DNA of 64,000 nucleotides. Source: Candidatus Poribacteria bacterium. GTDB lineage: Bacteria; Poribacteria; WGA-4E; WGA-3G. The position numbers and the translations under genes are program-made. The DNA lies in the NCBI GenBank assembly GCA_965242965.1, contig OZ251518.1, forward strand, positions 1,728,001 to 1,792,000, given 5' to 3'. The notes below the pieces were generated by a model. It ran no database searches, was not told the origin of the DNA, and worked only from the letters and a program-made list of their open reading frames with translations. Below are positions 20,274 through 29,949 of the stretch, in pieces; position 1 is the stretch's first letter; every line of letters begins with the position of its first letter.

Positions 20274-20654
20274 ATGAAAACCTACTTTTTTAGCCGAACT
20301 GAACGCCGCATCCTGAAATCCGTGTGCGCCGAGATGGTAGGCGTTGCACGCGATACGCCGTTAGATGAACCGCTGGAAGCGATGGACGCGTTCGTCATGC
20401 AACTGCCGAAGACGCTGCAAGTGCAGTTCCGATGTGGGCTGTTTGTGTTTGAGTGGGGACCGCTTCTGTTTATCACGAAACCGCGCCGTTTCACGCGCCT
20501 GTCTTCTCCTGATGCTGCGCGCTATATTGAGACTTGGGCTGCCAGCCGTTTCGGGGTGCGCCGGCTGCTTTTCCGCGGATTGCGAGACATTGCGTTCCTT
20601 GGCTACTATTGTTTTCCTGTGAAGACAGCACGCCATAGTAGGCGCGCTTTGTAA
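20274..20654 (+). CDS. Hypothetical protein resembling gluconate-2-dehydrogenase subunit 3 / GMC partner domain
   Basis: RFTRLS...YIETW..SR...RR..FRGLR....LGYY pattern. Confidence 0.55.
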   Translation: MKTYFFSRTERRILKSVCAEMVGVARDTPLDEPLEAMDAFVMQLPKTLQVQFRCGLFVFEWGPLLFITKPRRFTRLSSPDAARYIETWAASRFGVRRLLFRGLRDIAFLGYYCFPVKTARHSRRAL

Positions 20655-20677
20655 ATTAATTGCGGATGTTTGATATT

Positions 20678-21272
20678 CTGTAGTTTGTGATCGCCTGATC
20701 ACAAACGGGTCAGGATCAGGCGATCCTGACCTACAGAGCTCGCGAGGCATCGGTCAAGACGAAAACTGCCCGTTACCGTAGCGCGAGGGCCCTCGGATGC
20801 CATACGTGCATCCGAGCGGGTTTCCCTCGCGAGCGTTCAAGTGTCTGAAGCAGGATTTTCAAGATTTTTCAAGATTTTCAGGATAAGAGTCGGCGGCATT
20901 GTAGATCGCAGCATGGCGGGGGACAGGCGCAGGGGCTCCTCCTCTGTAGGTCAGGATCGCCTGATCCTGACCTGTTTGCGATCAGGCGATCGCAAACTAC
21001 AGATGGGAACAACGAAAACCGCCGCTCCCACCGTAGCGCGAGGGCCTGTCCCTCGCGAGCGCCGGTCGAGACGAAAACCGCCACTTCACCGTAGCGCGAG
21101 GGCCTGTCCCTCGCGATCGTTGGGGTGCCGAGCACGTTTTCCTTAGATCGCAGCATGGCGGGGGACAGGCCCCCGCCCTACGATAACAGGAACGTTTTTT
21201 CCACCGTAGCGCGAGGGCCTGTCCCTCGCGAGCGCCGGTCAAGACGAAAATCGCCCATTCCCTCGCGCTACG
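20678..21272. repeat. REP cluster
   Basis: GTAG hairpins of several families. Confidence 0.88.
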
Positions 21273-21302
21273 ATACCGAAAATTAAAAAAAAGCGAAAAA
21301 AT

Positions 21303-21331
21303 TTGACATTTTTACGTGTTTATGATATTAT
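21303..21331 (+). promoter_or_regulatory. sigma70 promoter of large surface protein
   Basis: TTGACA-17 bp-TATTAT with extended TG; SD AAGGAG at 21390-21395. Confidence 0.7.
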
Positions 21332-21430
21332 ATCTATCAACGCCGCTACGGTAGGAAAGACTACCTACCCAATAGCCAAAATATAGATAAAGGAGAAATA
21401 ATGAATGTTACCGCAAAATATCACAAAAGA

Positions 21431-21439
21431 CCCCCCCCC
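21431..21439 (+). repeat. C9 homopolymer frameshifting the 5' end of the adhesin
   Basis: Nine Cs between the SD-linked ATGs (21401, 21405) and the main ORF frame. Confidence 0.75.
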
Positions 21440-21483
21440 TTCATGACATACGTGAAGTATACCCTTTAGCAACTCCGAAGCAG

Positions 21484-24400
21484 TTGTTAGGCTGTCTGCT
21501 CCTGCTGTGCATCGGCATGCTTCCCTGGCTAGCACCGTCAACCGCACACGCCGTCAACGACATCACCTTTACGTTATCGGCATCCGGAGCCAATGTTGGC
21601 GATGCGTTTGGATACCGTTCCAGCACCACTCTCGTCCTCCCCGCGCGTCAGGTCACCGGTCCCTTTACGCTTGAAATAGCCTTTTCAGAGAGAGTCACTG
21701 GGCTTGTGAGCGGCCACTTTACTGTTACTGGAGGCACAGGAACCTTCACCACGCTGCAGGAAGATGCCACCGATACAAAAGTCTGGAAAACGACGGTTAC
21801 TCCAACAGGCGGAGGTATCTCTCAGATTCTCGGGAACCTCACTTCCCCTCCAACAATTGCAGCAGCCGATGGCAGTGGTGATACTGTCACCTTTACAGGC
21901 AGCACAGGTCGCTTAACTTTCTATTACGACCTGCCACCGACGTTTTCTGCTGCCACCCAAGCGGTTTCCATAGCGGAAGGAACAACTACGACTACGGACA
22001 TCGCTACCTTGGCAGCCACCGATGGCAATACGGATCATACGGTGACTTATGCCATTACGGCGACCGGCGGTGGCGCAGATGGCGCGCGGTTTACGATTGC
22101 GGGGACCGGTAACGACAGATTGCGATTTGTCGCCGTGCCGGACTTTGAAAATCCGACAGACGCGGTGAGTGCCACGCCTGTCAATGCGGCGGGGAACAAC
22201 GTATATATCGTTGTCGTCACTGCCTCCAGCACTAACCCCAGCTCTACCACCTACCAGACCAGTGACACTGACAATACGCCTTATACGCTGCCGGCGCAAA
22301 CTGCCACGCAGACGTTCACTATCACCGTCACGGATGTGACAACTGAGGCACCGTCTGCGCCGACTGCACCGATGGTGACAGCGGCGAATGCAACGCCGAC
22401 GCAATTAAGCGTGACTTGGAGTGCACCTGCGAACACGGGTCCGGCGATTACGGATTACGATGTGCAGTATCGCACAACGGGTCCGCCTGCCGGCATGTGG
22501 CAAGATGCAGGTTTCAATGGCACTGGCACTTCCACGACGTTGACAGGGTTAACGGCAGGGACAGCGTATCAGGTGCAGGTGCGTGCGAAGAATGACGAGG
22601 GCACCGGACTCTGGTCTAATTCTCGCGATGCGACCACGGCGGCGAATGCTCCACCGGCTTTTGACGTTGCCACAACGGCATTCAATGTTGCGGAAAATAG
22701 CACCACGGTGACAACCGCCTCGGCGACGGATGCGGATACGGTGGTTACCGATGTGGTGAGTTATGCGATTAGTGGTGGCGCGGATAGCGCGAAGTTCTCC
22801 ATCAATGCGTCTAGCGGCGCGGTGACATTCACTTCGGCACCGGATTTTGAAGATGCGCAAGATGTCGTGAGTGCCAATCCGTCAAATGCGGCGGGGAATA
22901 ACGTGTATGTGGTGACAGTCACGGCATCGAGTGGGGCAAATGCCCGTGCGCTGTCGGTGAACAAGACGCTCACTGTCACCGTTACGGATGTGAACGAGCC
23001 GCCCTCAAAACCTGATGCACCGATGGTGACAGCGGCACCAGCTACGCCGACAGAGTTGAGCGTGACGTGGAGTGCGCCGACGAACACCGGCAAGCCGGCA
23101 ATATCGGATTACGATGTGCAGTATCGCGCGGGGACTTCTGGGGGGTTCACGAGTCATGCACACACCGGTACCACCAGAACAGCAACGATAACCGGGTTAA
23201 CGCCGAATACAGCGTATCAGGTGCAGGTGCGCGCGACGAATGCAGAGGGGACAGGGGCCTGGTCTAATTCTGGCGATGCGACCACGGCGGCGAATGCTCC
23301 ACCGGCTTTTGACGTTGCCACAACGGCATTCAATGTTGCGGAGAATAGCACCACGGTGACAACCGCCTCGGCGACGGATGCGGATACGGTGGTTACCGAT
23401 GTGGTGAGTTATGCGATTAGTGGTGGCGCGGATAGCGCGAAGTTCTCCATCAATGCGTCTAGCGGCGCGGTGACATTCACATCGGCACCGGATTTTGAAG
23501 ATGCGCAAGATGTCGTGAGTGCCAATCCGTCAAATGCGGCGGGAAATAATGAGTATATCGTGATAGTCACGGCATCGAGTGGGACAGGTGCTCGTGCGCT
23601 GTCGGAGAGTAAGACGCTCACCGTCACCGTTACGGATGTGAACGAGCCGCCCTTGAAACCTGCTGCACCGACGGTGACAGCGGCGGATGCCACGCCGACG
23701 CAGTTGAGCGTGACGTGGAGTGCGCCGACGAACACCGGCAAGCCGGCGATTACGGATTACGATGTGCAGTATCGGACGACGGGTCCGCCTGCCGGCATGT
23801 GGCAAGATGCAGGTTTCACTGGCACTGGCACTTCCACGACGTTGTCAAGTTTAACGCCGGGGACAGCGTATCAGGTGCAGGTGCGCGCGACGAATGCAGA
23901 GGGCACCGGACTCTGGTCTAATTCTGGCAGTAGGACCACGGCGGCGAACGTTGCACCGGTTTTCGACGATACCACGACGGAATTCGATGTTGCGGAAAAT
24001 AGCACCGCGGTGACAACCGCCTCGGCGACGGATGCGGATACGGTGGTTACCGATACGGTGAGTTATGCGATTAGCGGTGCGGATAGCGCGCAGTTTTCGA
24101 TTAATGAGACGACAGGTGAGTTGACGTTCACAACGGCACCGGATTTTGAAAATGCGCAAGACGTTTTGAGCACCGCACCCGCGAATGCGGCGGGAAATAA
24201 TGAGTATGTCGTGGTGGTTCAAGCGCAGAGTGGTGCTCCCGGCCGTCGACTCACGACGCAGAAAACGCTCGTTGTGACTGTGACGAATGTGGAGATCCCT
24301 CCGAAGCTGGCTGCCCCGGGCCTGACGGAGATGACGCTGACTTCGGTGAGCATTCAGTGGACAGCACCGGCGGACACGGGGTTGGCGATTACGGGTTACG

Positions 24401-27400
24401 ATGTGCGGTATCGGCAAGGGCGCAGTGGCGCGTTCACGGATGCGGGTTTTGATGGCACCGGCACTGCCACGGTGCTCACCGGGTTGACACAGCATGCGGT
24501 TTATGAGATTCAGGTGCGCGCGACGAATTCGGAGGGATCGGGGCCCTGGTCGGATGCCGTCACGGCGGTGCCACAGGATAACAATCCGCCGGCGTTCAGC
24601 GGTGATACTGCTGTCACTGTGGCAGAAAATACCCCGGCGCGCACGCCTGTTGTCACTGTCGTTGCTACTGACGAAGACCCGGCCGATGAGATTACGGGGT
24701 ATACGCTGAGCGGGACAGATAGCGGTGCCTTCACGTTGGATGCGCGCAGCGGTGTCTTGCGGTTTCGTGTATCGCCAGATTTTGAAAATCCGATAGATGT
24801 TGCGCATACGTCACCTGCGCCGGCAGATGCGGCGGGTAATAACACCTATATTGTCTTCGTCACGGCGACGAGTGGGACAGGCGGGCGCGCGCTGACAGCG
24901 ACGCAGCGTCTCACGATTACCGTTACCGCTGTTGACGATATGTCCGTCGGGTTGGTGCTTGAGAGTTCGGTTGCGTTGACAGGTGACAGGCGTTTGACAA
25001 GTGAACCGAGTTGGACAGTGACGTTCGATTTCTCGAAGCCGCTTGCCGCCGCGGGAGACGCGGCGTTTAGCGTCTCAGACATCAATGTTAGCGTCAATGG
25101 TGGCGCGGGGACAGCGACGTTCGGTGAATTGACGCGTGCTGAATCGGCGGATGCGCGTTATACGGTGCCTGTCACTGTTAGCGCGGAAGGCACTTATACG
25201 TTCCAAGTAAAAAACGGAAGTGTTGCCACGCCCACCGGCGATACTTATGGCGGTGCCGCCTCGCCGTTGGTGGTGATTTACAATACACCGCCGGTGATAA
25301 CCGATGTCGCAGTGGTGGCACCGCCGGCGACGGGGTATATCGTCGGTAGCGAACTCTCCCTTGAACTGACGTTTGACGATGACAATGTGAATATCCCTGC
25401 GAATGTGGATGTCGCGAATCGGCCGTATATCGTGCTCTATTTAGGTGAGCGCACGGCGGCGAATCAGCGGCGCGCCTATTGGCAGTCGGCGCGCGATGCG
25501 AATTCCACCGTCGTCACGTTTGCCTATGAAGTGCAGGCGGATGACGTTGCGAACGTGGTCCATTGGGAGCCGCGTCTCGTCGTGCCGGAAACAGCACCCA
25601 TCACGAATGGCGTGAGGGCGATAGTGACAGGCGAACCTGCTGGTACCGATGCCCTGCCTGACAGAGGTCCTAGCGGCATCGTGGCGTTTCCGGGGGAAAC
25701 GACGCAGCCCGCGCAGGGCCAACCGCAGGAGCCGGTTGCGCCGTTGACGCAGGAGGTGCCTGTGCTTGGTGCGCCTGTGGTATTTCTGCCGCCAGAGACA
25801 GTGGAGCCCGTGAAACCGACGCAGATTCCCCGCACGCCGTTGATTTTCAACGAACTCGGCAACGGTGCTTCGGGTGCTAACGATTGGCTGGAACTCCGGA
25901 ATGTCACGGCGGAGGCGGTGCCGCTGAAAAACTGGGGCATCAGCATCGTCGCCGATGGAAAGAAAGTGGACAAACCCTTAGTGAGATTTCCATCGGATGC
26001 GGCGTTCAGCATTCCGCCGAACGGACTCTTGCTCATCACGCGGCGGCCCCCGGAGAAAACGCGGCTCGCAGGGGCGATTGACATCACGAACCCCGGCAAG
26101 ACAGGTGCAGTGCATCACTATTTCGTCGCGCCTGAGTTCACACTGCCCGATGATGGACAGTTCCTCTTGATTCTCCGCAATGCGAAGGGGAAACTCGGCA
26201 AAGGCGAGAATGTGATTGATGTCGCTGGCGGTGGCGGACCCGATACGGATGCCTTTATTGCCGACAAAGGCGACGCGTTCCAGACAGACATCTGGCCGCT
26301 GCAAGCGACAGCGCATCCCCGTGAGGACACCGCATCGGCTCTCGCAGCAGGCAAGGTATGGCAGCGCGCGAAGGCGGATAGCGTCGGCTACCACAAAGAT
26401 GCGTGGATGCAGGCCGCCTACACCGGGGTCGGCTATGATAGGGTGACAGAAACCTCACCGGCGACAGCCGGCACACCCGGCTATCCCAACGATGCCATGA
26501 AACCGGTGGCTGCCACGCCGAAAGGCAGTGTCACCTTCAGTGAACTCATGGTGGATTCAGCCGGTGGTAAACTGCCGCAGTGGATTGAGCTGTATAATGC
26601 CTCGAAAACGGAAGCACTGAACCTCAACCGCTGGAAACTAGAAATCCAGAATGTCGATTCCGAAGATTTAATCGGCAGACCGGTTGTGACGTTGACGCTG
26701 AAGGAAAAAATAATTCAGCCGAATCAGACGTTGCTCATCGTGGCAGGTCCGGCGCGTGCCTCGTCGGATTCGTATCTACCGGCGGATAGAGTTTACGACC
26801 TGCTTGCATTACACGAGAAGAATCTGCGTATCAAGCGTGCGCAGGATACCTTCTTGAGTATCGAGGGGTTCTACCTGAAACTCACCGATAGAAATGGGCA
26901 TCTCGTTGACGAAGTCGGGAATAGGGACAGCGACAGGCATTCGGATGATGCACCGGCGTGGGCATTACCGTTGAGTAGCGAGGAAGGTTCGCGGAGTTCT
27001 CTCATTCGGCGTTACACCGAGGGCACCTCGGCGGCGGGACCGGGGAGAAAGAGGTCGAGTTGGGTCTTGGCGGCGCGTGTCAAGAAAGTCGCTTCTAGCA
27101 GCGATGCGCTCTACTGGGGGGATGCGGATGACATCGGCACGCCGGGTTATCGTGAGGGTGGCGCGTTACCGGTGGAGTTATCGAGTTTCTCGATGGCGCG
27201 CAATGAAGCCGGTGCTGTCATCTTGACATGGACAACCGAGTCCGAGGTCGACAACGCGGGCTTCAACCTGCGCCGGAGTTTGAAACGCGATAGCGGTTTC
27301 ACGCTTTTGAATCCTGCCTTAATCGCCGGTGCCGGCACGACTGGGGAACGTCAGACGTATACGTTTACGGATACGTCTGCGAAGCCGGGGATTGAGTATT

Positions 27401-27528
27401 ACTATCAGATTGAGGAAGTTGCGTCTGATGGTAAGCCGGCGACGTTAGCGATGCGTCTGTTGCGCGGTTCCGTGTCTGCGTCAAATCGGATGCTGACTAC
27501 GTTCGGTGAGGTGAAACGGCAAAAATAG
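21484..27528 (+). CDS. Large secreted adhesin-like protein: signal peptide, alternating cadherin and FN3 domains, Ig-like domains, two lamin-tail-like domains, C-terminal LPVEL domain
   Basis: STAHA signal cleavage site; PDFE/AENS/ATD.D cadherin motifs; W..P...YDVQY...YQVQVRA.N.EG.G.WS FN3 motifs; IFNE/DWLEL and FSELM/QWIELYN; LPVELSSF. Confidence 0.88.
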   Translation: MLGCLLLLCIGMLPWLAPSTAHAVNDITFTLSASGANVGDAFGYRSSTTLVLPARQVTGPFTLEIAFSERVTGLVSGHFTVTGGTGTFTTLQEDATDTKVWKTTVTPTGGGISQILGNLTSPPTIAAADGSGDTVTFTGSTGRLTFYYDLPPTFSAATQAVSIAEGTTTTTDIATLAATDGNTDHTVTYAITATGGGADGARFTIAGTGNDRLRFVAVPDFENPTDAVSATPVNAAGNNVYIVVVTASSTNPSSTTYQTSDTDNTPYTLPAQTATQTFTITVTDVTTEAPSAPTAPMVTAANATPTQLSVTWSAPANTGPAITDYDVQYRTTGPPAGMWQDAGFNGTGTSTTLTGLTAGTAYQVQVRAKNDEGTGLWSNSRDATTAANAPPAFDVATTAFNVAENSTTVTTASATDADTVVTDVVSYAISGGADSAKFSINASSGAVTFTSAPDFEDAQDVVSANPSNAAGNNVYVVTVTASSGANARALSVNKTLTVTVTDVNEPPSKPDAPMVTAAPATPTELSVTWSAPTNTGKPAISDYDVQYRAGTSGGFTSHAHTGTTRTATITGLTPNTAYQVQVRATNAEGTGAWSNSGDATTAANAPPAFDVATTAFNVAENSTTVTTASATDADTVVTDVVSYAISGGADSAKFSINASSGAVTFTSAPDFEDAQDVVSANPSNAAGNNEYIVIVTASSGTGARALSESKTLTVTVTDVNEPPLKPAAPTVTAADATPTQLSVTWSAPTNTGKPAITDYDVQYRTTGPPAGMWQDAGFTGTGTSTTLSSLTPGTAYQVQVRATNAEGTGLWSNSGSRTTAANVAPVFDDTTTEFDVAENSTAVTTASATDADTVVTDTVSYAISGADSAQFSINETTGELTFTTAPDFENAQDVLSTAPANAAGNNEYVVVVQAQSGAPGRRLTTQKTLVVTVTNVEIPPKLAAPGLTEMTLTSVSIQWTAPADTGLAITGYDVRYRQGRSGAFTDAGFDGTGTATVLTGLTQHAVYEIQVRATNSEGSGPWSDAVTAVPQDNNPPAFSGDTAVTVAENTPARTPVVTVVATDEDPADEITGYTLSGTDSGAFTLDARSGVLRFRVSPDFENPIDVAHTSPAPADAAGNNTYIVFVTATSGTGGRALTATQRLTITVTAVDDMSVGLVLESSVALTGDRRLTSEPSWTVTFDFSKPLAAAGDAAFSVSDINVSVNGGAGTATFGELTRAESADARYTVPVTVSAEGTYTFQVKNGSVATPTGDTYGGAASPLVVIYNTPPVITDVAVVAPPATGYIVGSELSLELTFDDDNVNIPANVDVANRPYIVLYLGERTAANQRRAYWQSARDANSTVVTFAYEVQADDVANVVHWEPRLVVPETAPITNGVRAIVTGEPAGTDALPDRGPSGIVAFPGETTQPAQGQPQEPVAPLTQEVPVLGAPVVFLPPETVEPVKPTQIPRTPLIFNELGNGASGANDWLELRNVTAEAVPLKNWGISIVADGKKVDKPLVRFPSDAAFSIPPNGLLLITRRPPEKTRLAGAIDITNPGKTGAVHHYFVAPEFTLPDDGQFLLILRNAKGKLGKGENVIDVAGGGGPDTDAFIADKGDAFQTDIWPLQATAHPREDTASALAAGKVWQRAKADSVGYHKDAWMQAAYTGVGYDRVTETSPATAGTPGYPNDAMKPVAATPKGSVTFSELMVDSAGGKLPQWIELYNASKTEALNLNRWKLEIQNVDSEDLIGRPVVTLTLKEKIIQPNQTLLIVAGPARASSDSYLPADRVYDLLALHEKNLRIKRAQDTFLSIEGFYLKLTDRNGHLVDEVGNRDSDRHSDDAPAWALPLSSEEGSRSSLIRRYTEGTSAAGPGRKRSSWVLAARVKKVASSSDALYWGDADDIGTPGYREGGALPVELSSFSMARNEAGAVILTWTTESEVDNAGFNLRRSLKRDSGFTLLNPALIAGAGTTGERQTYTFTDTSAKPGIEYYYQIEEVASDGKPATLAMRLLRGSVSASNRMLTTFGEVKRQK
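22612..23910 (+). repeat. 648-bp tandem duplication (cadherin+FN3 module)
   Basis: Near-identical blocks starting about 22612 and 23260 (offset 648). Confidence 0.85.
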
Positions 27529-27540
27529 CCGTGCTCAGTA

Positions 27541-27830
27541 CCGTAGCGCGGGGGCCTGTCCCCCGCGAGCGTCCGATTAACGCAGCATGGCGAGGGACAG
27601 GCCCTCGCCCTACGGTGAAGGGGGGTTGTTATCGTAGCGCGAGGGCCTGTCCCTCGCGATCCTCCGGTCGAGACGAAAACCGCCGCCTCCACCGTAGCGC
27701 GAGGGCCTGTCCCTCGCGATCGTTCAGGTCTGAAGCAGGATTTCCAAGAGTATCAAGATTTTCAGGATAAGAGATCTGCTGCATCGTCGTGCGCGGCATG
27801 GCGGGGGACAGGCCCCCGCCCTACGGTAAC
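27541..27830. repeat. REP cluster
   Basis: GTAGCGCGAGGGCCTGTCCCTCGCG copies. Confidence 0.88.
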
Positions 27831-27894
27831 AAAACCGCCTGTTCACCTACGCTCAGGCGAGCGGAAACTACAGAACGGAACAACAAAAATCAAT

Positions 27895-27923
27895 TTGACA
27901 AACGCGTTTAAATGTGGTATCAT
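27895..27923 (+). promoter_or_regulatory. sigma70 promoter of trpD
   Basis: TTGACA-17 bp-TATCAT with extended TG. Confidence 0.7.
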
Positions 27924-27962
27924 ATACTCCTTGACATCTTTACGCGCTTGGAGGAAAATCAC

Positions 27963-28976
27963 ATGATACAGGAAGCAATCCAAAAAGTCATCGCAGGAAA
28001 TTCACTCACCGAAGAGGAGATGGTCAGCACCATGAACACCATCATGGAAGGTAAGGCGACAGACGCACAAATCGCCTGCCTGCTAACCGCGCTTCGGTTA
28101 AAAGGCGAAACTATCGCCGAAATTACCGGGGCAGCACGCGTCATGCGCGCCAAAGCCACACCTGTCCCGACAAAACATTCACTCGTCGTAGATACCTGCA
28201 GCACCGGGGGCTCCGGACTGAACTCGTTCAACATCTCAACCACGGCCGCCTTTGTTGTCGCGGGGACAGGCGTGCCGGTAGCTAAGCACGGCAACCGAGG
28301 CGTGACGCGCCAGAGCGGCAGCGCGAACGTCCTCGCAGCACTCGGCGTGAACATTGAAATCGGGCCAGAACATGTCGGACGATGCATCGATGAAGTTGGC
28401 ATCGGCTTCCTCTTCGCACCGATGCTGCAAGGCGCGATGAAATATGCCATCGGACCGCGGCGAGAAATCGGTATCCGCACGATTTTCAATGCACTCGGAC
28501 CACTCACCAATCCGGCGGGCGCGCAGGCACAAGTCCTCGGCGTTTACGCGCCAGAACTCACCGAAACACACGCGAACGTGCTTAACAATCTTGGCTGCCG
28601 CAACGCCTTCGTCGTGCATGGTAACGATGGACTTGACGAAATCACGACGACGACAACGACGCAGGTATCGGAACTTGCAAACGGCACTGTGAAAACCTAT
28701 ACCCTTGAGCCCACCGAGTTAGGCATTCCGCGGGCAGACGCGGCATCGCTTGTCGGCGGCGCGCCGGAGGTGAATGCCGAGATAACCCAAAATATCCTGA
28801 ACGGCGAAACGGGCGCGCGACGCGATATTGTGGTGCTGAATGCAGCGGCGGCGATTGTCGCAGGCGGGAAAGCAGAGGATCTTGAAGCGGGGTTGGAACT
28901 TGCACGAAACTCTATTGACACTGGAAAGGCATTGGAGAAATTGGAAGGATTGAAGGCAAGATCTAATCAAACGTAG
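27963..28976 (+). CDS. trpD: Anthranilate phosphoribosyltransferase
   Basis: KGET..EI.G, DTCSTGGSG..FNIST, KHGNR, GPLTNPA, GLDEI. Confidence 0.96.
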   Translation: MIQEAIQKVIAGNSLTEEEMVSTMNTIMEGKATDAQIACLLTALRLKGETIAEITGAARVMRAKATPVPTKHSLVVDTCSTGGSGLNSFNISTTAAFVVAGTGVPVAKHGNRGVTRQSGSANVLAALGVNIEIGPEHVGRCIDEVGIGFLFAPMLQGAMKYAIGPRREIGIRTIFNALGPLTNPAGAQAQVLGVYAPELTETHANVLNNLGCRNAFVVHGNDGLDEITTTTTTQVSELANGTVKTYTLEPTELGIPRADAASLVGGAPEVNAEITQNILNGETGARRDIVVLNAAAAIVAGGKAEDLEAGLELARNSIDTGKALEKLEGLKARSNQT

Positions 28977-29156
28977 GGCGGGGGCCTGTCCCTCGCCATG
29001 CAATCCGTCACGACATCGTAGGGCGAGGGCCTGTCCCTCGCCATGCAACGATCGCGGGGGACAGGCCCCCGCGCTACGGTATCCAGAACGACCCCTCTTA
29101 CCGTAGGGCTTGGGCCCTCGCATGCCACACGCGCATGCGAGAGGGTTTCCCTCGCC
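28973..29156. repeat. REP cluster between trpD and trpC
   Basis: The first REP's GTAG provides the trpD stop codon. Confidence 0.88.
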
Positions 29157-29178
29157 ACGCATCTATTAGGAATAAACC

Positions 29179-29949
29179 TTGATACTAAACACAATTATCC
29201 AACATAAATTGACGGAACTGAAAACTGAACAGGCACAGGTGCCGCTAGCCGCATTAAAAGACGCTATCACAGCCCTGCTGCCACCGCGGAATTTCCGTGC
29301 AGCCATTTCAGCCCCCGGCGCGGTGAACCTCATCGCGGAAGTGAAGAAAAAATCGCCGAGCAAAGGGACCATCCGCGAAGATTTCAACCCAGTCGAAATT
29401 GCCGAAACCTACGCCGCAAACGGCGCAGCCGCCATCTCCGTGCTAACCGACAGCCATTTTTTCGCGGGAGAACTCGGATATCTGTCCGCGATTCGTCAAG
29501 CCGTTGACATCCCTCTCCTCCGGAAAGATTTCACACTGGATGCGTATCACATCTATCAGGCGCGCGCAGCGGGGGCGGATGCCATCCTCCTCATCGTGGC
29601 GGCGTTGACACCGAGTCAGCTGCGTGAGTTTATGGATATCGCGGAAACGTTGTCCCTAGCATGCCTCGTGGAGGTGCATACGCAGGAAGAATTAACGGTG
29701 GCTTTAGACATAAACGCGCAGATCATCGGTATCAACAACCGAGATCTGCGCACCTTCCACACCGATATTGAGACGACGTTCCGTTTACGCGAATCGATTC
29801 CGGAAGACAAGGTGGTTGTCAGTGAAAGTGGGATTCATACGCGTGAAGACGTTGTGAGTCTGCGCGCAGCGGATGTCCAGGCGATGTTGGTAGGTGAGTC
29901 GTTGATGCGTAGTGCGGATATTGGCGCGCAGGTGCGGCGGTTGCTCTAA
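29179..29949 (+). CDS. trpC: Indole-3-glycerol phosphate synthase
   Basis: IAEVKKKSPSKG, ISVLTD, LRKDF, GINNRDL, SESGI. Confidence 0.96.
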   Translation: MILNTIIQHKLTELKTEQAQVPLAALKDAITALLPPRNFRAAISAPGAVNLIAEVKKKSPSKGTIREDFNPVEIAETYAANGAAAISVLTDSHFFAGELGYLSAIRQAVDIPLLRKDFTLDAYHIYQARAAGADAILLIVAALTPSQLREFMDIAETLSLACLVEVHTQEELTVALDINAQIIGINNRDLRTFHTDIETTFRLRESIPEDKVVVSESGIHTREDVVSLRAADVQAMLVGESLMRSADIGAQVRRLL

